Assembly (NCBI GenBank): GCA_965203515.1 | Contig: OZ241907.1 | Coordinates: 864,001 to 928,000 of the forward strand | Direction: 5' to 3' | DNA: 64,000 bases | From: Spirochaetia bacterium | GTDB lineage: Bacteria > Spirochaetota > Spirochaetia > SZUA-6 > Bin103 | Part shown: positions 30,213 to 42,160 of the stretch, one piece after another | Position numbering within the stretch: position 1 is the first letter of the stretch | Layout of the letters: each line of letters begins with the position of its first letter | The notes under the pieces: generated by a model | Told to the model about the DNA's origin: nothing | What the model saw: the letters and a program-made list of their open reading frames with translations, nothing else | Database searches by the model: none | Made by a program: the position numbers and the translations under genes

Positions 30213-31003
30213 CCGCCGCTCCCGCGCCGCCCCAGGGCGTCCACGGCCCGGTCCAGCAGCGTCAGTCGGCCGCCGTAGGTCTTCTGCAGGTTGTCGGCCG
30301 TGAAGGCGTCCCGCACCGGACCGTGGGCGACCACCCGCAGGTTGAGCATCAGCACCTCGTCGAAGTAGCGGTCGACGGTCTGCAGGTCGTGGTGCACCAC
30401 GAACACGCTCTTGCCCTGCTGCCGCAGGCGCTGCAGCAGGTCGACGATGGTGCGCTCGGTGGCGGCGTCGACCCCGGCGAACGGCTCGTCCATGAAGAAG
30501 ATGCGGGGGTTCTGGGCCAGCGCGCGGGCCAGGAACAGCCGCTGCTGCTGGCCCCCGGAGAGCTCGGATATCTGCCGGCCGGCGAAGTCCGCCATCCCCA
30601 CCGAGTCCATGGCGGCGAGGGCGGCCGCGCGCGCGGCGCGGCGGACCGGACGCAACCAGCCGACCGATCGGTACCGGCCCATCGTCACCAGGTCGAGCGC
30701 GCTGACCGGATAGTCCCAATCGACGCTCTCGCGCTGCGGCACGTAGGCGACCGCCGGCCGCTGTTGCCGGTACGGCTTGCCGTAGATGCTCACCGAGCCC
30801 GACACCTTCGGCACCAGGTCGAGCACGCCCTTGAGCAGCGTGCTCTTGCCGGCCCCGTTGGGGCCGACGATGCCGGTGATCGCCTGGTCGCGGGCGGTCA
30901 CGTCGACGTCCCACAGCACCGGCCGCCGCCGGTAGGCGATGGTGAGGCCGCGGACGATCAGCGGGCTGGCGGCGGGGGCGGCCCGGCCCGGCGGGCCGAT
31001 CAC
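30209..31003 (-). CDS. troB: Mn/Zn ABC ATP-binding protein
   Basis: GPNGAGKS, LSGGQQQR, DEPFAGVD. Confidence 0.9.
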   Translation of the reverse strand: MIGPPGRAAPAASPLIVRGLTIAYRRRPVLWDVDVTARDQAITGIVGPNGAGKSTLLKGVLDLVPKVSGSVSIYGKPYRQQRPAVAYVPQRESVDWDYPVSALDLVTMGRYRSVGWLRPVRRAARAAALAAMDSVGMADFAGRQISELSGGQQQRLFLARALAQNPRIFFMDEPFAGVDAATERTIVDLLQRLRQQGKSVFVVHHDLQTVDRYFDEVLMLNLRVVAHGPVRDAFTADNLQKTYGGRLTLLDRAVDALGRRGSGG

Positions 31004-32064
31004 GGTGCCGGTGCCGGCGCCGGAGGCGCGGGGGGCAGAAGCCCCTGGAATCCCCGTTCCGGAACGTCACCGCCCAGTGCCCGCGCCACGGTGGTGACGT
31101 TGTGGTCGAGCATGCCGACGTAGGTCCCGTGGTACGTTCCCGGCTGTCCCATGGCGTCGGAGAAGAGCTCGCCGCCGATCACCACGCGGTGGCCGCGCGC
31201 CGCCGCTCCCTCGATCAGGGCGCGGACGTTGCGGTCGGCGATGGTGCTCTCCACGAAGACCGCGCCGACGCGGCGCGTGACCAGCAGGTCGACCAGCCGG
31301 TTGATGCGGTCGAGCCCCGCCTCCGACTCCGTGGAGATCCCCTGGATGCCGGCCACCTCCAGTCCGTACGCGCGGCCGAAGTAGTTGAACGCGTCGTGGG
31401 CGGTCACCAGCATGCGCTGCGGCGCCGGAATCGAGCCGAGCGCGCGGAGCGCGTACTCGTGCAGCGCCTCCAGGGTCGCGGTGTAGGCCGCCGCGCGCCG
31501 GCGATAGCCGTCCGCGCCGGCCGGGTCGAAGGCGGTCAGGGCCTCGGTCACCGCGTGCACGGCCTGCATCCAGCCCGACACGTCCATCCACAGGTGGGGG
31601 TCGAAGTGGCCGGCGAACTCCGCCGGCTGCAGCAGCAGCGACTCGTCGACCAGCTCGGTGACCGCGTGCACGGGCCGGCTGCCGGCTATCTTGATGAGCG
31701 TGTCGGTCATCTTCCCCTCCAGGAGGAGGCCGGAGTAGAAGACGACGTCGGCTTCCATCAGCGCCGCCACGTCGCTGCGGGTCGGCACGTAGAGGTGCGG
31801 ATCGACCCCCTCGCCGATGATCGCGTCGACGGAGGCGCGGTCGCCGGCGACCTGGCGGACGATGTCGGCGACCATGCCGGTGGTGGCGGTGATCCGGTAG
31901 GGGCTGCTCCGCGCGGCCGCCGCCCCGGCGTCGGCGATGGCCGCGCGCGCGCCGGCGCCGCCATCGCCCGGCTCGGCGCGGCTGCCGCAGGCCGCCAACG
32001 GCAGCGCCGCCGCGGCTGCTATGAGCACGACGTGGCAAAGGGAGAGCTTTTGCATCTGCAACAT
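31000..32064 (-). CDS. troA: Mn/Zn ABC substrate-binding lipoprotein (start 32064 or 32055)
   Basis: Lipobox LAAC, GVDPHLY, DPHLW, HDAFNYFG, LFSDAMG. Confidence 0.9.
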   Translation of the reverse strand: MLQMQKLSLCHVVLIAAAAALPLAACGSRAEPGDGGAGARAAIADAGAAAARSSPYRITATTGMVADIVRQVAGDRASVDAIIGEGVDPHLYVPTRSDVAALMEADVVFYSGLLLEGKMTDTLIKIAGSRPVHAVTELVDESLLLQPAEFAGHFDPHLWMDVSGWMQAVHAVTEALTAFDPAGADGYRRRAAAYTATLEALHEYALRALGSIPAPQRMLVTAHDAFNYFGRAYGLEVAGIQGISTESEAGLDRINRLVDLLVTRRVGAVFVESTIADRNVRALIEGAAARGHRVVIGGELFSDAMGQPGTYHGTYVGMLDHNVTTVARALGGDVPERGFQGLLPPAPPAPAPAP

Positions 32065-32066
32065 CG

Positions 32067-32086
32067 TATTTTGATTCGTCAAAATA
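32067..32086. promoter_or_regulatory. Palindromic operator TATTTTGA-ttcg-TCAAAATA (candidate DtxR/TroR-family site)
   Basis: Perfect 8-bp arms, AT-rich, directly before troA; TTGACG on the minus strand at 32112-32117. Confidence 0.7.
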
Positions 32087-32199
32087 GACGATAGCCCTAC
32101 CGGTCGAGGGGCGTCAAGGACCCCGGGCCGGCGCATCGAGGGTGCCCTACGCCTGTAGGGTGGCGCGGTGCGCGGCGATGCCGGCACACTGCCCGCATC

Positions 32200-33000
32200 A
32201 TGAACTCGGAAGGGAGCGCCGGAACGGCGTTCGAGAACCGCGTCAAGCGGCTGCTGTCGTCGGGCAAGGCGGCGTGGGGCATCGGCGCGGTGGACGAATC
32301 GGAATTCTCGGCCAAGATGGCGATCAACTGCGACCCGGACTTCCTCTGGATCGACCTGGAGCACCGTCCGTACGGGATCAACGAGGTGCGGTGGATGCCG
32401 ATCCTCTGCCGGCAGGCGGGCGTGGCGCCGCTGGTCCGGGTCCCCAACCTGGACGGCGGCATCGTCAAGAAGGCGCTCGACATCGGCGCCAGCACGGTGA
32501 TGGTGCCGCAGGTCGGCACCGCCGACGAAGCGAAGCGCGCCGTCGAGTACGCCAAGTATCCGCCGCAGGGATCGCGGGGCATCACCCCGACCTGGACCGT
32601 CTACCTGGACGTCAGTTGGGACGACTACCTGCCGGCGGCCAACGACGAGACCTGCGTGGTGGTGCAGATCGAGAGCCCGGCCGGCATCGCCAACCTCGAT
32701 GCGATCGCCGCCGTCGACGGGGTGGACGTGGTGTTCGCCGGACCGTCGGACCTGTCGGCGTCGCTGGGGGTGATCGGGCAGCTCCAACACCCCAAGGTGC
32801 GGTCCTTCCTGGCCGAGTTCCCGCAGCGCGTCGGCGCCTGCGGAAAGGCGTCGGGCATCGCCCTGGCGGGCGTGGACCACGCCAGGCGGGCGTACGATCA
32901 GGGGTACCGCTTCATCAACATCGGATCGTTCGGCGTCCTGGGCGTGCAGGGGCTCACGGCGGCGCTCGACGAGGTGCGCGCCGCCGAGCGTCCGGGCTGA
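32200..33000 (+). CDS. HpcH/HpaI aldolase family protein
   Basis: WIDLEH, LVRVP, KYPPQGSRG, QIES, GPSDLS. Confidence 0.9.
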   Translation: MNSEGSAGTAFENRVKRLLSSGKAAWGIGAVDESEFSAKMAINCDPDFLWIDLEHRPYGINEVRWMPILCRQAGVAPLVRVPNLDGGIVKKALDIGASTVMVPQVGTADEAKRAVEYAKYPPQGSRGITPTWTVYLDVSWDDYLPAANDETCVVVQIESPAGIANLDAIAAVDGVDVVFAGPSDLSASLGVIGQLQHPKVRSFLAEFPQRVGACGKASGIALAGVDHARRAYDQGYRFINIGSFGVLGVQGLTAALDEVRAAERPG

Positions 33001-33033
33001 CGGAGCCGCTCAGGCCGTTTGGGACCGCACGCC

Positions 33034-34128
33034 ATGATCGACTCCGCGCGGCTGCTCGACACGTTCCTGACGATCCTCCGCATCGACAGCTATCACCCGA
33101 ACGAAGATCCGGTGATCGACGCCCTGCGGCCACAGCTGCAGCGGGCGGGGGTGGTGCTGCGCGCGGACCGGCACCGCAACGTGCTGGGATTCCGGCCCGG
33201 AGCCGGGGCGCGGGCCGGCGAGGAGCCGGTCCTGCTGTGCGCTCATACCGATACCGTGCGTCCGACCGCCGGCATGGAGCCGGTGATACGGGGCGGAGCC
33301 GTGCACACCGACGGGTCGAGCGTGCTCGGCGCCGACGACAAGGCGGCGGTGGCCGCCATCGTCGAGGCGCTGGCAGCGATCGCCGCGGACGGCGGGCCGT
33401 ACCCGCCGGTGGAGGTGCTGTTCACGGTGGGCGAAGACGTGGGACACGTCGGCTCCAAGGCGTTCGACGTCGCCGCGGTCCGCTCGCGCATGGCCTTCGT
33501 GCCGGACGTCGACGGGCCGGTGGGCGGCATCATCATGGCCGGTCCCTGGGCGGAGACGCTGCGCGTCACCTTTCGCGGGCGCGCCGCGCACGCCGGCACC
33601 GAGCCCGAGTCGGGCCGTAGCGCGCTGCAGATGGCCGCGCGCGCGATCGACCGGATGCGGCTCGGCCGCATCGACGGCGACACCACCGCCAACGCCGGCG
33701 TGCTCACCGGCGGGGAGGCGGCCAACATCGTCGCGCCGCAGGCGGCGCTGACCGTGCAGGTGCGCAGCCTGGACCAGGGCCGGTTTCGCGCGCACCGCGC
33801 CGCGTTGCTCGACTGCTGCCGACAGGGCGCGGAGGCGTTCGGCGGCGCCGTCGACGTGGAGTCGGTCGGCAGCACGGACGGCTATCGGTTCGGCGAGGAC
33901 GACGCGCCGGTGCGGCGCGCCGAGGCGGCGATCCGGTCGGCCGGCCTGACGCCATGGCGCGCCACCACCTGCGGCGGCAGCGACGCCAACGAGTTCAACG
34001 CCAAGGGGCTGCCGACGGTCGTGATCTCGGTCGGCTATCGGGACATCCACACCGACCAGGAGTCGATGCCAATCGACGAGCTGGGGCGACTGGCGGAGGT
34101 CTGCCGGGCGCTGATGCTCGGCGCCTGA
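33034..34128 (+). CDS. M20 family peptidase T-like metallohydrolase
   Basis: AHTDTV, LGADDKA, GGSDAN, IHTDQE. Confidence 0.85.
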   Translation: MIDSARLLDTFLTILRIDSYHPNEDPVIDALRPQLQRAGVVLRADRHRNVLGFRPGAGARAGEEPVLLCAHTDTVRPTAGMEPVIRGGAVHTDGSSVLGADDKAAVAAIVEALAAIAADGGPYPPVEVLFTVGEDVGHVGSKAFDVAAVRSRMAFVPDVDGPVGGIIMAGPWAETLRVTFRGRAAHAGTEPESGRSALQMAARAIDRMRLGRIDGDTTANAGVLTGGEAANIVAPQAALTVQVRSLDQGRFRAHRAALLDCCRQGAEAFGGAVDVESVGSTDGYRFGEDDAPVRRAEAAIRSAGLTPWRATTCGGSDANEFNAKGLPTVVISVGYRDIHTDQESMPIDELGRLAEVCRALMLGA

Positions 34129-34149
34129 GCACCGCGGAGCCTGAGCACC

Positions 34150-34545
34150 GTGGAACCGGTACTCCATGCCGTCCTCTGCGCCGACAAGGCGATCGAGGAG
34201 AAGAACGGCAAGAAGGGACTCATCGGCATCTTCCAGAGCTTCAACTTCGCGCGGTTTCCGATCGTCGCGCCGACCTGGTACGTGTACGTCGCCGTGGGGA
34301 ACGTCTCGGAGGGCCGGCACGACGTGATGGTCGAAGTCGTCCAGGACGACGCGGGCGCGGTCATCGTCCGGTCGCACGGCACGGTGCAGGTGCGGACGCC
34401 GGCGGCCGACGTCGAGATCGTCTGTCCGATGGCGGTGACCGCCTTCCGGTCGCCGGGCGCGCATTGGCTCACGGTGACCGTGGACGAGGTGCTGATCGGC
34501 CGCCGTATGCTGTACGTCGGGTCCAAATCCGACGATACCAAGTAA
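34150..34545 (+). CDS. Hypothetical beta-rich protein (DUF6941-like)
   Basis: VLCADKAIEE..GKKGLIGIF pattern. Confidence 0.55.
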   Translation: MEPVLHAVLCADKAIEEKNGKKGLIGIFQSFNFARFPIVAPTWYVYVAVGNVSEGRHDVMVEVVQDDAGAVIVRSHGTVQVRTPAADVEIVCPMAVTAFRSPGAHWLTVTVDEVLIGRRMLYVGSKSDDTK

Positions 34546-34558
34546 AACAGGTGGCGCC

Positions 34559-35384
34559 ATGAAACGGGGCGACGACGCGACGATCACCGAAGATGAGCTG
34601 CGGCGGTTTGGCGAGCAGGGGTACGTGCGGCTCGGCCGACTCCTGGACGACCGGGACCTCGATGCCCTCCGCGCGCGCATCGACCGGATCATGCTCGGCA
34701 CCGCGGACGCGCCGTATGACCGCATGCTGATGCAGCTCGACCCGTCGACCGATCCCCCGGAGCATCTGCAAGGACAGACGAAGGGGCACAAGGGGGCCAC
34801 GCTGGACTACCGCAAGGTGCAGGACCTGGAGCTCGATCCGCTGTTCCACGCCTACCTGACGCGGCGGTTGTTCGCCGACCTGTGCCGGCGGATCTACGGT
34901 CGGGGCAATCCGGTCGCCTGCTACCGGGCGATGTTCCTGAACAAGCCGGCCGGCGGCGGCTCCGACCTGACGTGGCATCAGGATCGCTGGACCGAACTCG
35001 ACCGCGATCCGCGCATCACCGTATGGACCGCGCTCGATCCGGCGTCCAAGGCGAACGGCTGCGTGGAGATCGTACCCCGGTCGCACGGGCGGCTGCGCAA
35101 TCCGATCTCGTCTTCCGGGTTTCTCTCCGACCGGCAGCGCGAGGAGCTCGACCGGCAGATCGCGGCGGGCGCCGCGGAGGCCAGCACGATGCATCTCGAG
35201 ATGGAGGCGGGCGAGGCGGTGCTCCTGCACAACTGGACCCTGCACCGGTCCGGGACCAACCTGACCGACCGGCCGCGCCGCGCGTTCAGCGTCTGCTACA
35301 TGGACGGCGCCACGCGCTCGATTCACGGCGGCGCGCACCGGTTGGTCTTCGACGGCGACGGGCGGGCGGTCGCGCCGAGCTCCG

Positions 35385-35392
<8 letters not shown>
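34559..35392 (+). CDS. PhyH family dioxygenase
   Basis: FGEQGYV, WHQD, NGCVEIVPRSH, LHRSGTN. Confidence 0.9.
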
Positions 35393-37280
<1,888 letters not shown>

Positions 37281-37409
37281 GCCTGCATAGGGCGGCAACC
37301 GCCGGCCGTTGTCAAACGCCGGCGGCTGCCGGTTCCGCCGCCGCAACGATGGTAGAGTGAACGCCATGGACGTACCCGCGGCGCCGGCCGCCGCGGCCGG
37401 AGGCTCCCG

Positions 37410-38591
37410 ATGAGCGCGCGGCTCGGCGTGGCCGTGATCGGCATGGGCTGGATGGGATCCGTGCACGCCCGCTGTTACCGGCTGCTGCCGCACCGCTTCC
37501 CGGAGCTCGGCATCGACCCGCATCTGGTGGTGTGCGCCGACAGCGTCGAGGCGCGCGCGCGGGAGGGGGCCGCGCGCGCGGGATTCGAGCGCGCCACCAC
37601 GGACTGGCGCGAGGCGATCGCCGACCCGCGGGTAGACGTGGTCAACGTCGCCACCCAGAACGCCCTGCACGCGCCGGTCGCCCTGGCGGCGATCGCCGCC
37701 GGCAAGCACCTGTTCTGCGAAAAGCCGGTCGGCCGCAGTCCGGCGGAGACGGCGGCGATCGCCGCCGCGGCCCGCGCGGCCGGGATCGTCAGCGCCGTCG
37801 GCTACAACTACCGCTGGGCGCCGGTCGTGCAGTACGCGCTGGGCTTGGTCCGGGCCGGCCGGCTGGGGACGATCACCCACGTGCGCGGCCGGTTCCTGGT
37901 CGGCTACGCGCGCGACCCGCACGGCGTGCTGTCATGGCGCTTCGACCGCGAGCAATCCGGCGGCGGCGCGGTCGCCGACCTGATGTCGCACGTCGTCGAT
38001 CTCGCGCACGCGCTGGCCGGTCCCGTGGAGCGGCTGGTCGCCAACCGGCACACCTTCATCGCCCGGCGGCCGCTGCCGACGCCGGGCGAAGGGACCCACT
38101 TCACGGTCAAGCGCGGCGGTCCGGTCGGCCCGGTCACCAACGAGGACTACGGGAGCGCGCTGGTGCGGTTCGCGTGCGGGGCGCAGGGGACCTTCGAGGT
38201 GTGCCGCGTCATCAACGGCCCCAAGTGTCAGCTCGCCTTCGAGCTGAGCGGCGTCGACGGCACGATCCTGTGGGACTTCGAGCGCATGAACGAGCTGCAG
38301 CTCTACCTGCCGGACGGCACGCCGGAGCGGGACGGCACGGTGCGGGTGCAGGCGGGCCCGGACCATCCGTTCTTCGCCAACTTCAATCCGGGGCCGGCGC
38401 TCGCCATGAGCTACGAGGACCTCAAGGTGATCGAGGCCGCGCAGTTCGCCAAGTCCGTGATCGAGCGGCGGCAGGGCGAGCCGGGCCTGGCGGAAGCGGA
38501 CCGCGTAGCGCAGGTGCTGGCCGCCTTCGACCGGTCGATCGACTCCGGCGCCTGGGAGACGGTGGCGCCCGTCTCCGGCGCGACGGCGTGA
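37410..38591 (+). CDS. Gfo/Idh/MocA oxidoreductase (inositol dehydrogenase-like)
   Basis: GMGWMG, CEKPVG, GYNYR; upstream of iolD. Confidence 0.85.
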   Translation: MSARLGVAVIGMGWMGSVHARCYRLLPHRFPELGIDPHLVVCADSVEARAREGAARAGFERATTDWREAIADPRVDVVNVATQNALHAPVALAAIAAGKHLFCEKPVGRSPAETAAIAAAARAAGIVSAVGYNYRWAPVVQYALGLVRAGRLGTITHVRGRFLVGYARDPHGVLSWRFDREQSGGGAVADLMSHVVDLAHALAGPVERLVANRHTFIARRPLPTPGEGTHFTVKRGGPVGPVTNEDYGSALVRFACGAQGTFEVCRVINGPKCQLAFELSGVDGTILWDFERMNELQLYLPDGTPERDGTVRVQAGPDHPFFANFNPGPALAMSYEDLKVIEAAQFAKSVIERRQGEPGLAEADRVAQVLAAFDRSIDSGAWETVAPVSGATA

Positions 38592-38613
38592 CGGGCCGCG
38601 GCAGGGCCGGCGT

Positions 38614-39087
38614 GTGGCGGTGAGCCTGGCGGACTCCATCCCGCCGTCCCGGATCCTGGCCCCGCTGCAGGCCGACACCGACGACGAGGCGCTCAGCCGC
38701 CTGGTGGGCGTGGTCGCCGGCGACCTGACGATCCCGGACGCCGCCGGGGTACTCGACCGCCTGCTGCATGAACCGATGCTGCGCGCCGCGCTGGTCGGCC
38801 ACGGCGCCGCCATCATCCACAGCCGCATCGACGGGCTGCCGCGCTCGGTGACCGCCCTGGGGGTCGCGCCGCCCGGCGCGTCTTTCCGGTTCGGCGGCGG
38901 CTTCCGCTACGTGGTGAGCGTGATGTTCCTGGTGCTCTCGCCGCCGGAACCGCCGGAGCCGCACCTGGAGCTGGTGGCGGCGATCGCGAGCTTCGTCCGG
39001 GAGGCGCGCGCGCTGGACGCCCTCAAGGCGGCCGCCTCCCCCGACCAAGCCGCGCAGGCGCTGCTGGCCGGCAGCGGTCAGCGTTAG
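38614..39087 (+). CDS. PTS EIIA-domain protein
   Basis: VGHGAAIIHSR, FLVLSP..HLEL. Confidence 0.7.
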   Translation: MAVSLADSIPPSRILAPLQADTDDEALSRLVGVVAGDLTIPDAAGVLDRLLHEPMLRAALVGHGAAIIHSRIDGLPRSVTALGVAPPGASFRFGGGFRYVVSVMFLVLSPPEPPEPHLELVAAIASFVREARALDALKAAASPDQAAQALLAGSGQR

Positions 39088-39147
39088 CGGCGCGGGCCGC
39101 GCGCGCACCGATTCCGCATCCGGGCCGGCCGGGGTATGATCGACGCC

Positions 39148-41028
39148 ATGCCAGCAACCGAACACCTCACCGTCGGCCAGGCGATCGTCAAGTACCTGAG
39201 CGTCCAGTTCAGCGAGCGCGACGGCCGCCGCCGGCGGCTGGTGCCGGCCATCTTCGGCATCTTCGGCCACGGCAACGTCGCCGGCCTGGGCCAGGCGCTG
39301 GAATCGATCGGCGGCGACCTGCCGCTCTATCAGAGCCGCAACGAGCAGTCGATGGTGCACGTCGCCTCCGGCTACGCCAAGGCGGCGCGGCGGACGGCGA
39401 CCCTGGCCTGCACCAGCTCGATCGGCCCCGGCGCCACCAACATGGTGACCGGCGCCGCCACCGCCACGATCAACCGCCTGCCGGTGCTGCTGCTGCCGTC
39501 CGACTACTACGTCACCCGCCACCAGGGCAACGTCCTGCAGGAACTGGAGCACCCGCTGGCGGCCGACGTCAGCGTCAACGACTGCTTCCGGCCGGTCAGC
39601 CGGTTCTTCGACCGGATTTCCCGGCCGGAGCAGCTCCTCACCGCGCTCCCGGAGGCGATGCGGGTGCTCACCGATCCCGCCGACACCGGCACGGTGACGA
39701 TCTCGATCCCGCAGGACGTGCAGGCGCACGCCTACCGCTTTCCGTCCCGGCTGTTCGAGCGACGCACGTGGCGCATCGAGCGCACGCCCCCGGCCGCCGG
39801 CCGCATCGAGGAGGCGGCGCGTCTGCTCGAGCGTTCCCGGCGGCCGATGATCATCGCCGGCGGCGGCGTCCACTACGCGGAGGCATGGGAGGCGCTGAAC
39901 GAGCTGGCCGCGCTGGGCATCCCGGTGTCCGAGACGTTCGGCGGCAAGGGCTGCTACCGCGGTCCGCGCGCGTGGTCGCTGGGCGGACACGGGGTCGAGG
40001 GGACCACCGCGGCGGCGCGCTCGGCGGAGCAGGCCGATCTGGTGATCGCCGTCGGCACCCGCCTGGGCGACTTTGCGACCGCCTCCAACAGCCTGTTCCG
40101 GAACCCCGACGTACGGTTCCTCAGCCTCAACGTCAACGCGCACGACGCCTTCAAGAACGGCGCGCTGCCGGTGGTCGGCGACGCGCGCGAGTCGCTCGCC
40201 GCCCTGGCCGCCGCCTGCCGGCAGCGGGGGGTCGACTTCACCGGCCGCGCGGCCGAGGTCGCCCGGCTGCAGGCCGAATGGGAAGAGATCAAGGCGACCG
40301 ATGCCTGCGCGCCGCAGGCCGGGCAGGCGATGGGCGAGGGCGAGCTGATCGCGGCGTTGAACCAGGAAGCGCAGGCCGGTGACTCCGTGGTCGCCGCCGC
40401 CGGCGGCCCGGTCGGCAACCTGCTCAAGCTGTGGGACGCCGCCGGCGGCGCGGCGTGCCACCTGGAGTTCGGCTTCTCCTGCATGGGGTGGGAGATGCCG
40501 GCCGCCCTGGGCGTCCGCATGGAGCAGCCGGAGGGCGAGGTGTACGTCTACCTGGGCGACGGCAACTACCTGCTCAATCCGATGGAGCTGATGACCGCGC
40601 TGCAGGAGGACCTGAAGATCACGGTGGTGGTGGCCGACAACCACGGCTATCAGGTGATCCGCCGCCTGCAGATGGCGCGCGCCGGCCACTCGTTCGGCAC
40701 CGAGTTCCGCACCCGGGTCGACGGCGACGACGGCCGCCGGCTCGACGGGGAGTATCTGGCGGTCGACATGGCGGCGATCGCGGAGGCGATGGGAGCGCGC
40801 GGCTTCCGGGTCGGCACGCCCGGCGAGGTGCGCGCGGCGCTGCGCGAGGCGCGCGGCGAACGGCGCAGCTGCGTCATCGTCGCCGAGATCGAGAAGCACC
40901 GCTACGTGCCGGGGGCCGGCACGTGGTGGGACGTGGCGCCGGCGGAGGTGAGCCGCAGCGAGGTGACGCAGACCCTGCGCTCCGAATACGAGCGGGACCG
41001 CGCCGCGCTGCAGCGCTACCATTACTGA
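39148..41028 (+). CDS. iolD: 3D-(3,5/4)-trihydroxycyclohexane-1,2-dione acylhydrolase
   Basis: GIFGHGNVAG, TSSIGPGATNMVT, HLEFGFSCMG, GDGNYL, WWDV. Confidence 0.9.
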   Translation: MPATEHLTVGQAIVKYLSVQFSERDGRRRRLVPAIFGIFGHGNVAGLGQALESIGGDLPLYQSRNEQSMVHVASGYAKAARRTATLACTSSIGPGATNMVTGAATATINRLPVLLLPSDYYVTRHQGNVLQELEHPLAADVSVNDCFRPVSRFFDRISRPEQLLTALPEAMRVLTDPADTGTVTISIPQDVQAHAYRFPSRLFERRTWRIERTPPAAGRIEEAARLLERSRRPMIIAGGGVHYAEAWEALNELAALGIPVSETFGGKGCYRGPRAWSLGGHGVEGTTAAARSAEQADLVIAVGTRLGDFATASNSLFRNPDVRFLSLNVNAHDAFKNGALPVVGDARESLAALAAACRQRGVDFTGRAAEVARLQAEWEEIKATDACAPQAGQAMGEGELIAALNQEAQAGDSVVAAAGGPVGNLLKLWDAAGGAACHLEFGFSCMGWEMPAALGVRMEQPEGEVYVYLGDGNYLLNPMELMTALQEDLKITVVVADNHGYQVIRRLQMARAGHSFGTEFRTRVDGDDGRRLDGEYLAVDMAAIAEAMGARGFRVGTPGEVRAALREARGERRSCVIVAEIEKHRYVPGAGTWWDVAPAEVSRSEVTQTLRSEYERDRAALQRYHY

Positions 41029-41034
41029 AACACG

Positions 41035-42048
41035 ATGAGCAGGCACTCGGTCGTCGCCAAAGCGGAAGCGCTGCTGACCGGACGTTCGGCGCTGGTGGCG
41101 CTGATCAGCGTCGCCGCGCTCGCCGCGGTCTTCACGATCCTGACGCCGGCGACCCTGCTGACCGGGGTGGCGCTCTCCAACGTGATCACCTTCAGCGTCA
41201 TCCTGGGGATCATCGTCATCGGCGTGGCGATCCTGATGATCGCCGGCGAGTTCGACCTGTCGGTCGGGTCGACCTTTGCCGTGGTCGGCTTCGCGTACGG
41301 CGCGCTGGTCACCGAAGGGGGCGTTGGCGTCTGGCCGGCCGCCTTCATCGCCCTCTGCGTCGGCGCCCTGCTGGGACTGTTCAACGGGACGGTGGTGGTG
41401 CGTTCCGGCAACCCGTCCTTCATCATCACGCTGGGAACGCTGCTGGCCTTTCGCGGCATCGCGCGCGCCATCGGCGGCGGCCGCGTCGTCAGCTATGCGC
41501 CCGAAGATACGCCGTTCCTGTTTTCGATGCTCAACTCCGGCATCACGGCGCTGAACGAGCTGTCGGCGCCGGCCGGCAACTTCCGCACGTCGATCCTGTG
41601 GTTCCTGGCGCTGGCCGTGCTGTTCGGGGTGTTCCTGCATCGTTCCCGGTTCGGCAACTGGATCTACTCGACCGGCGGCAACCGCGAAGCGGCGCAGGCG
41701 CAGGGGGTGCCGACGCGCCGCGTCAAGCTCACGGCGTTCGTGCTGGTGGGCGTCCTGGTGGCGGTGTCGTCGGTCATCAACTTCGCCGAGCGCAACTCCA
41801 TCGATCCGCTGGCCGGCAACCTCTGGGAGCTGTTCGCGGTGGCCGCCTGCGTGATCGGCGGGCTGCGCCTGCGCGGCGGCTTCGGCACCATTGCCGGCGC
41901 CTGTCTGGGCATCCTGATGATTTCGCTGTTGCGGCAAGGTCTGGTGCTGGTGGGGCTGTCGATCGAGACCTTCCAGGCCGTGTTCGGGTTCCTGCTGATC
42001 TCGATCGCGGCGCTGAACCAGTATCTGGGACGGACCGCCGATGATTGA
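41035..42048 (+). CDS. Sugar ABC permease (RbsC-type)
   Basis: GEFDLSVGS, PSFIITLG, TGGNREAA. Confidence 0.9.
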   Translation: MSRHSVVAKAEALLTGRSALVALISVAALAAVFTILTPATLLTGVALSNVITFSVILGIIVIGVAILMIAGEFDLSVGSTFAVVGFAYGALVTEGGVGVWPAAFIALCVGALLGLFNGTVVVRSGNPSFIITLGTLLAFRGIARAIGGGRVVSYAPEDTPFLFSMLNSGITALNELSAPAGNFRTSILWFLALAVLFGVFLHRSRFGNWIYSTGGNREAAQAQGVPTRRVKLTAFVLVGVLVAVSSVINFAERNSIDPLAGNLWELFAVAACVIGGLRLRGGFGTIAGACLGILMISLLRQGLVLVGLSIETFQAVFGFLLISIAALNQYLGRTADD

Positions 42049-42160
42049 CCGCCGCTCCTCCCGGCTGGAGGGGCCGGCTGGAGAGGGAGGCGCCGGTAAC
42101 GAAGACACCTGCCACGTGGTACGTGGCCGATCGATCATTTCTATCTTTGAGGAGGGACCG

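Noticed and set aside
34124..34158. 16-bp direct repeat cctgagcaccgYggaRcc
   Set aside because: Two copies only; likely local slippage
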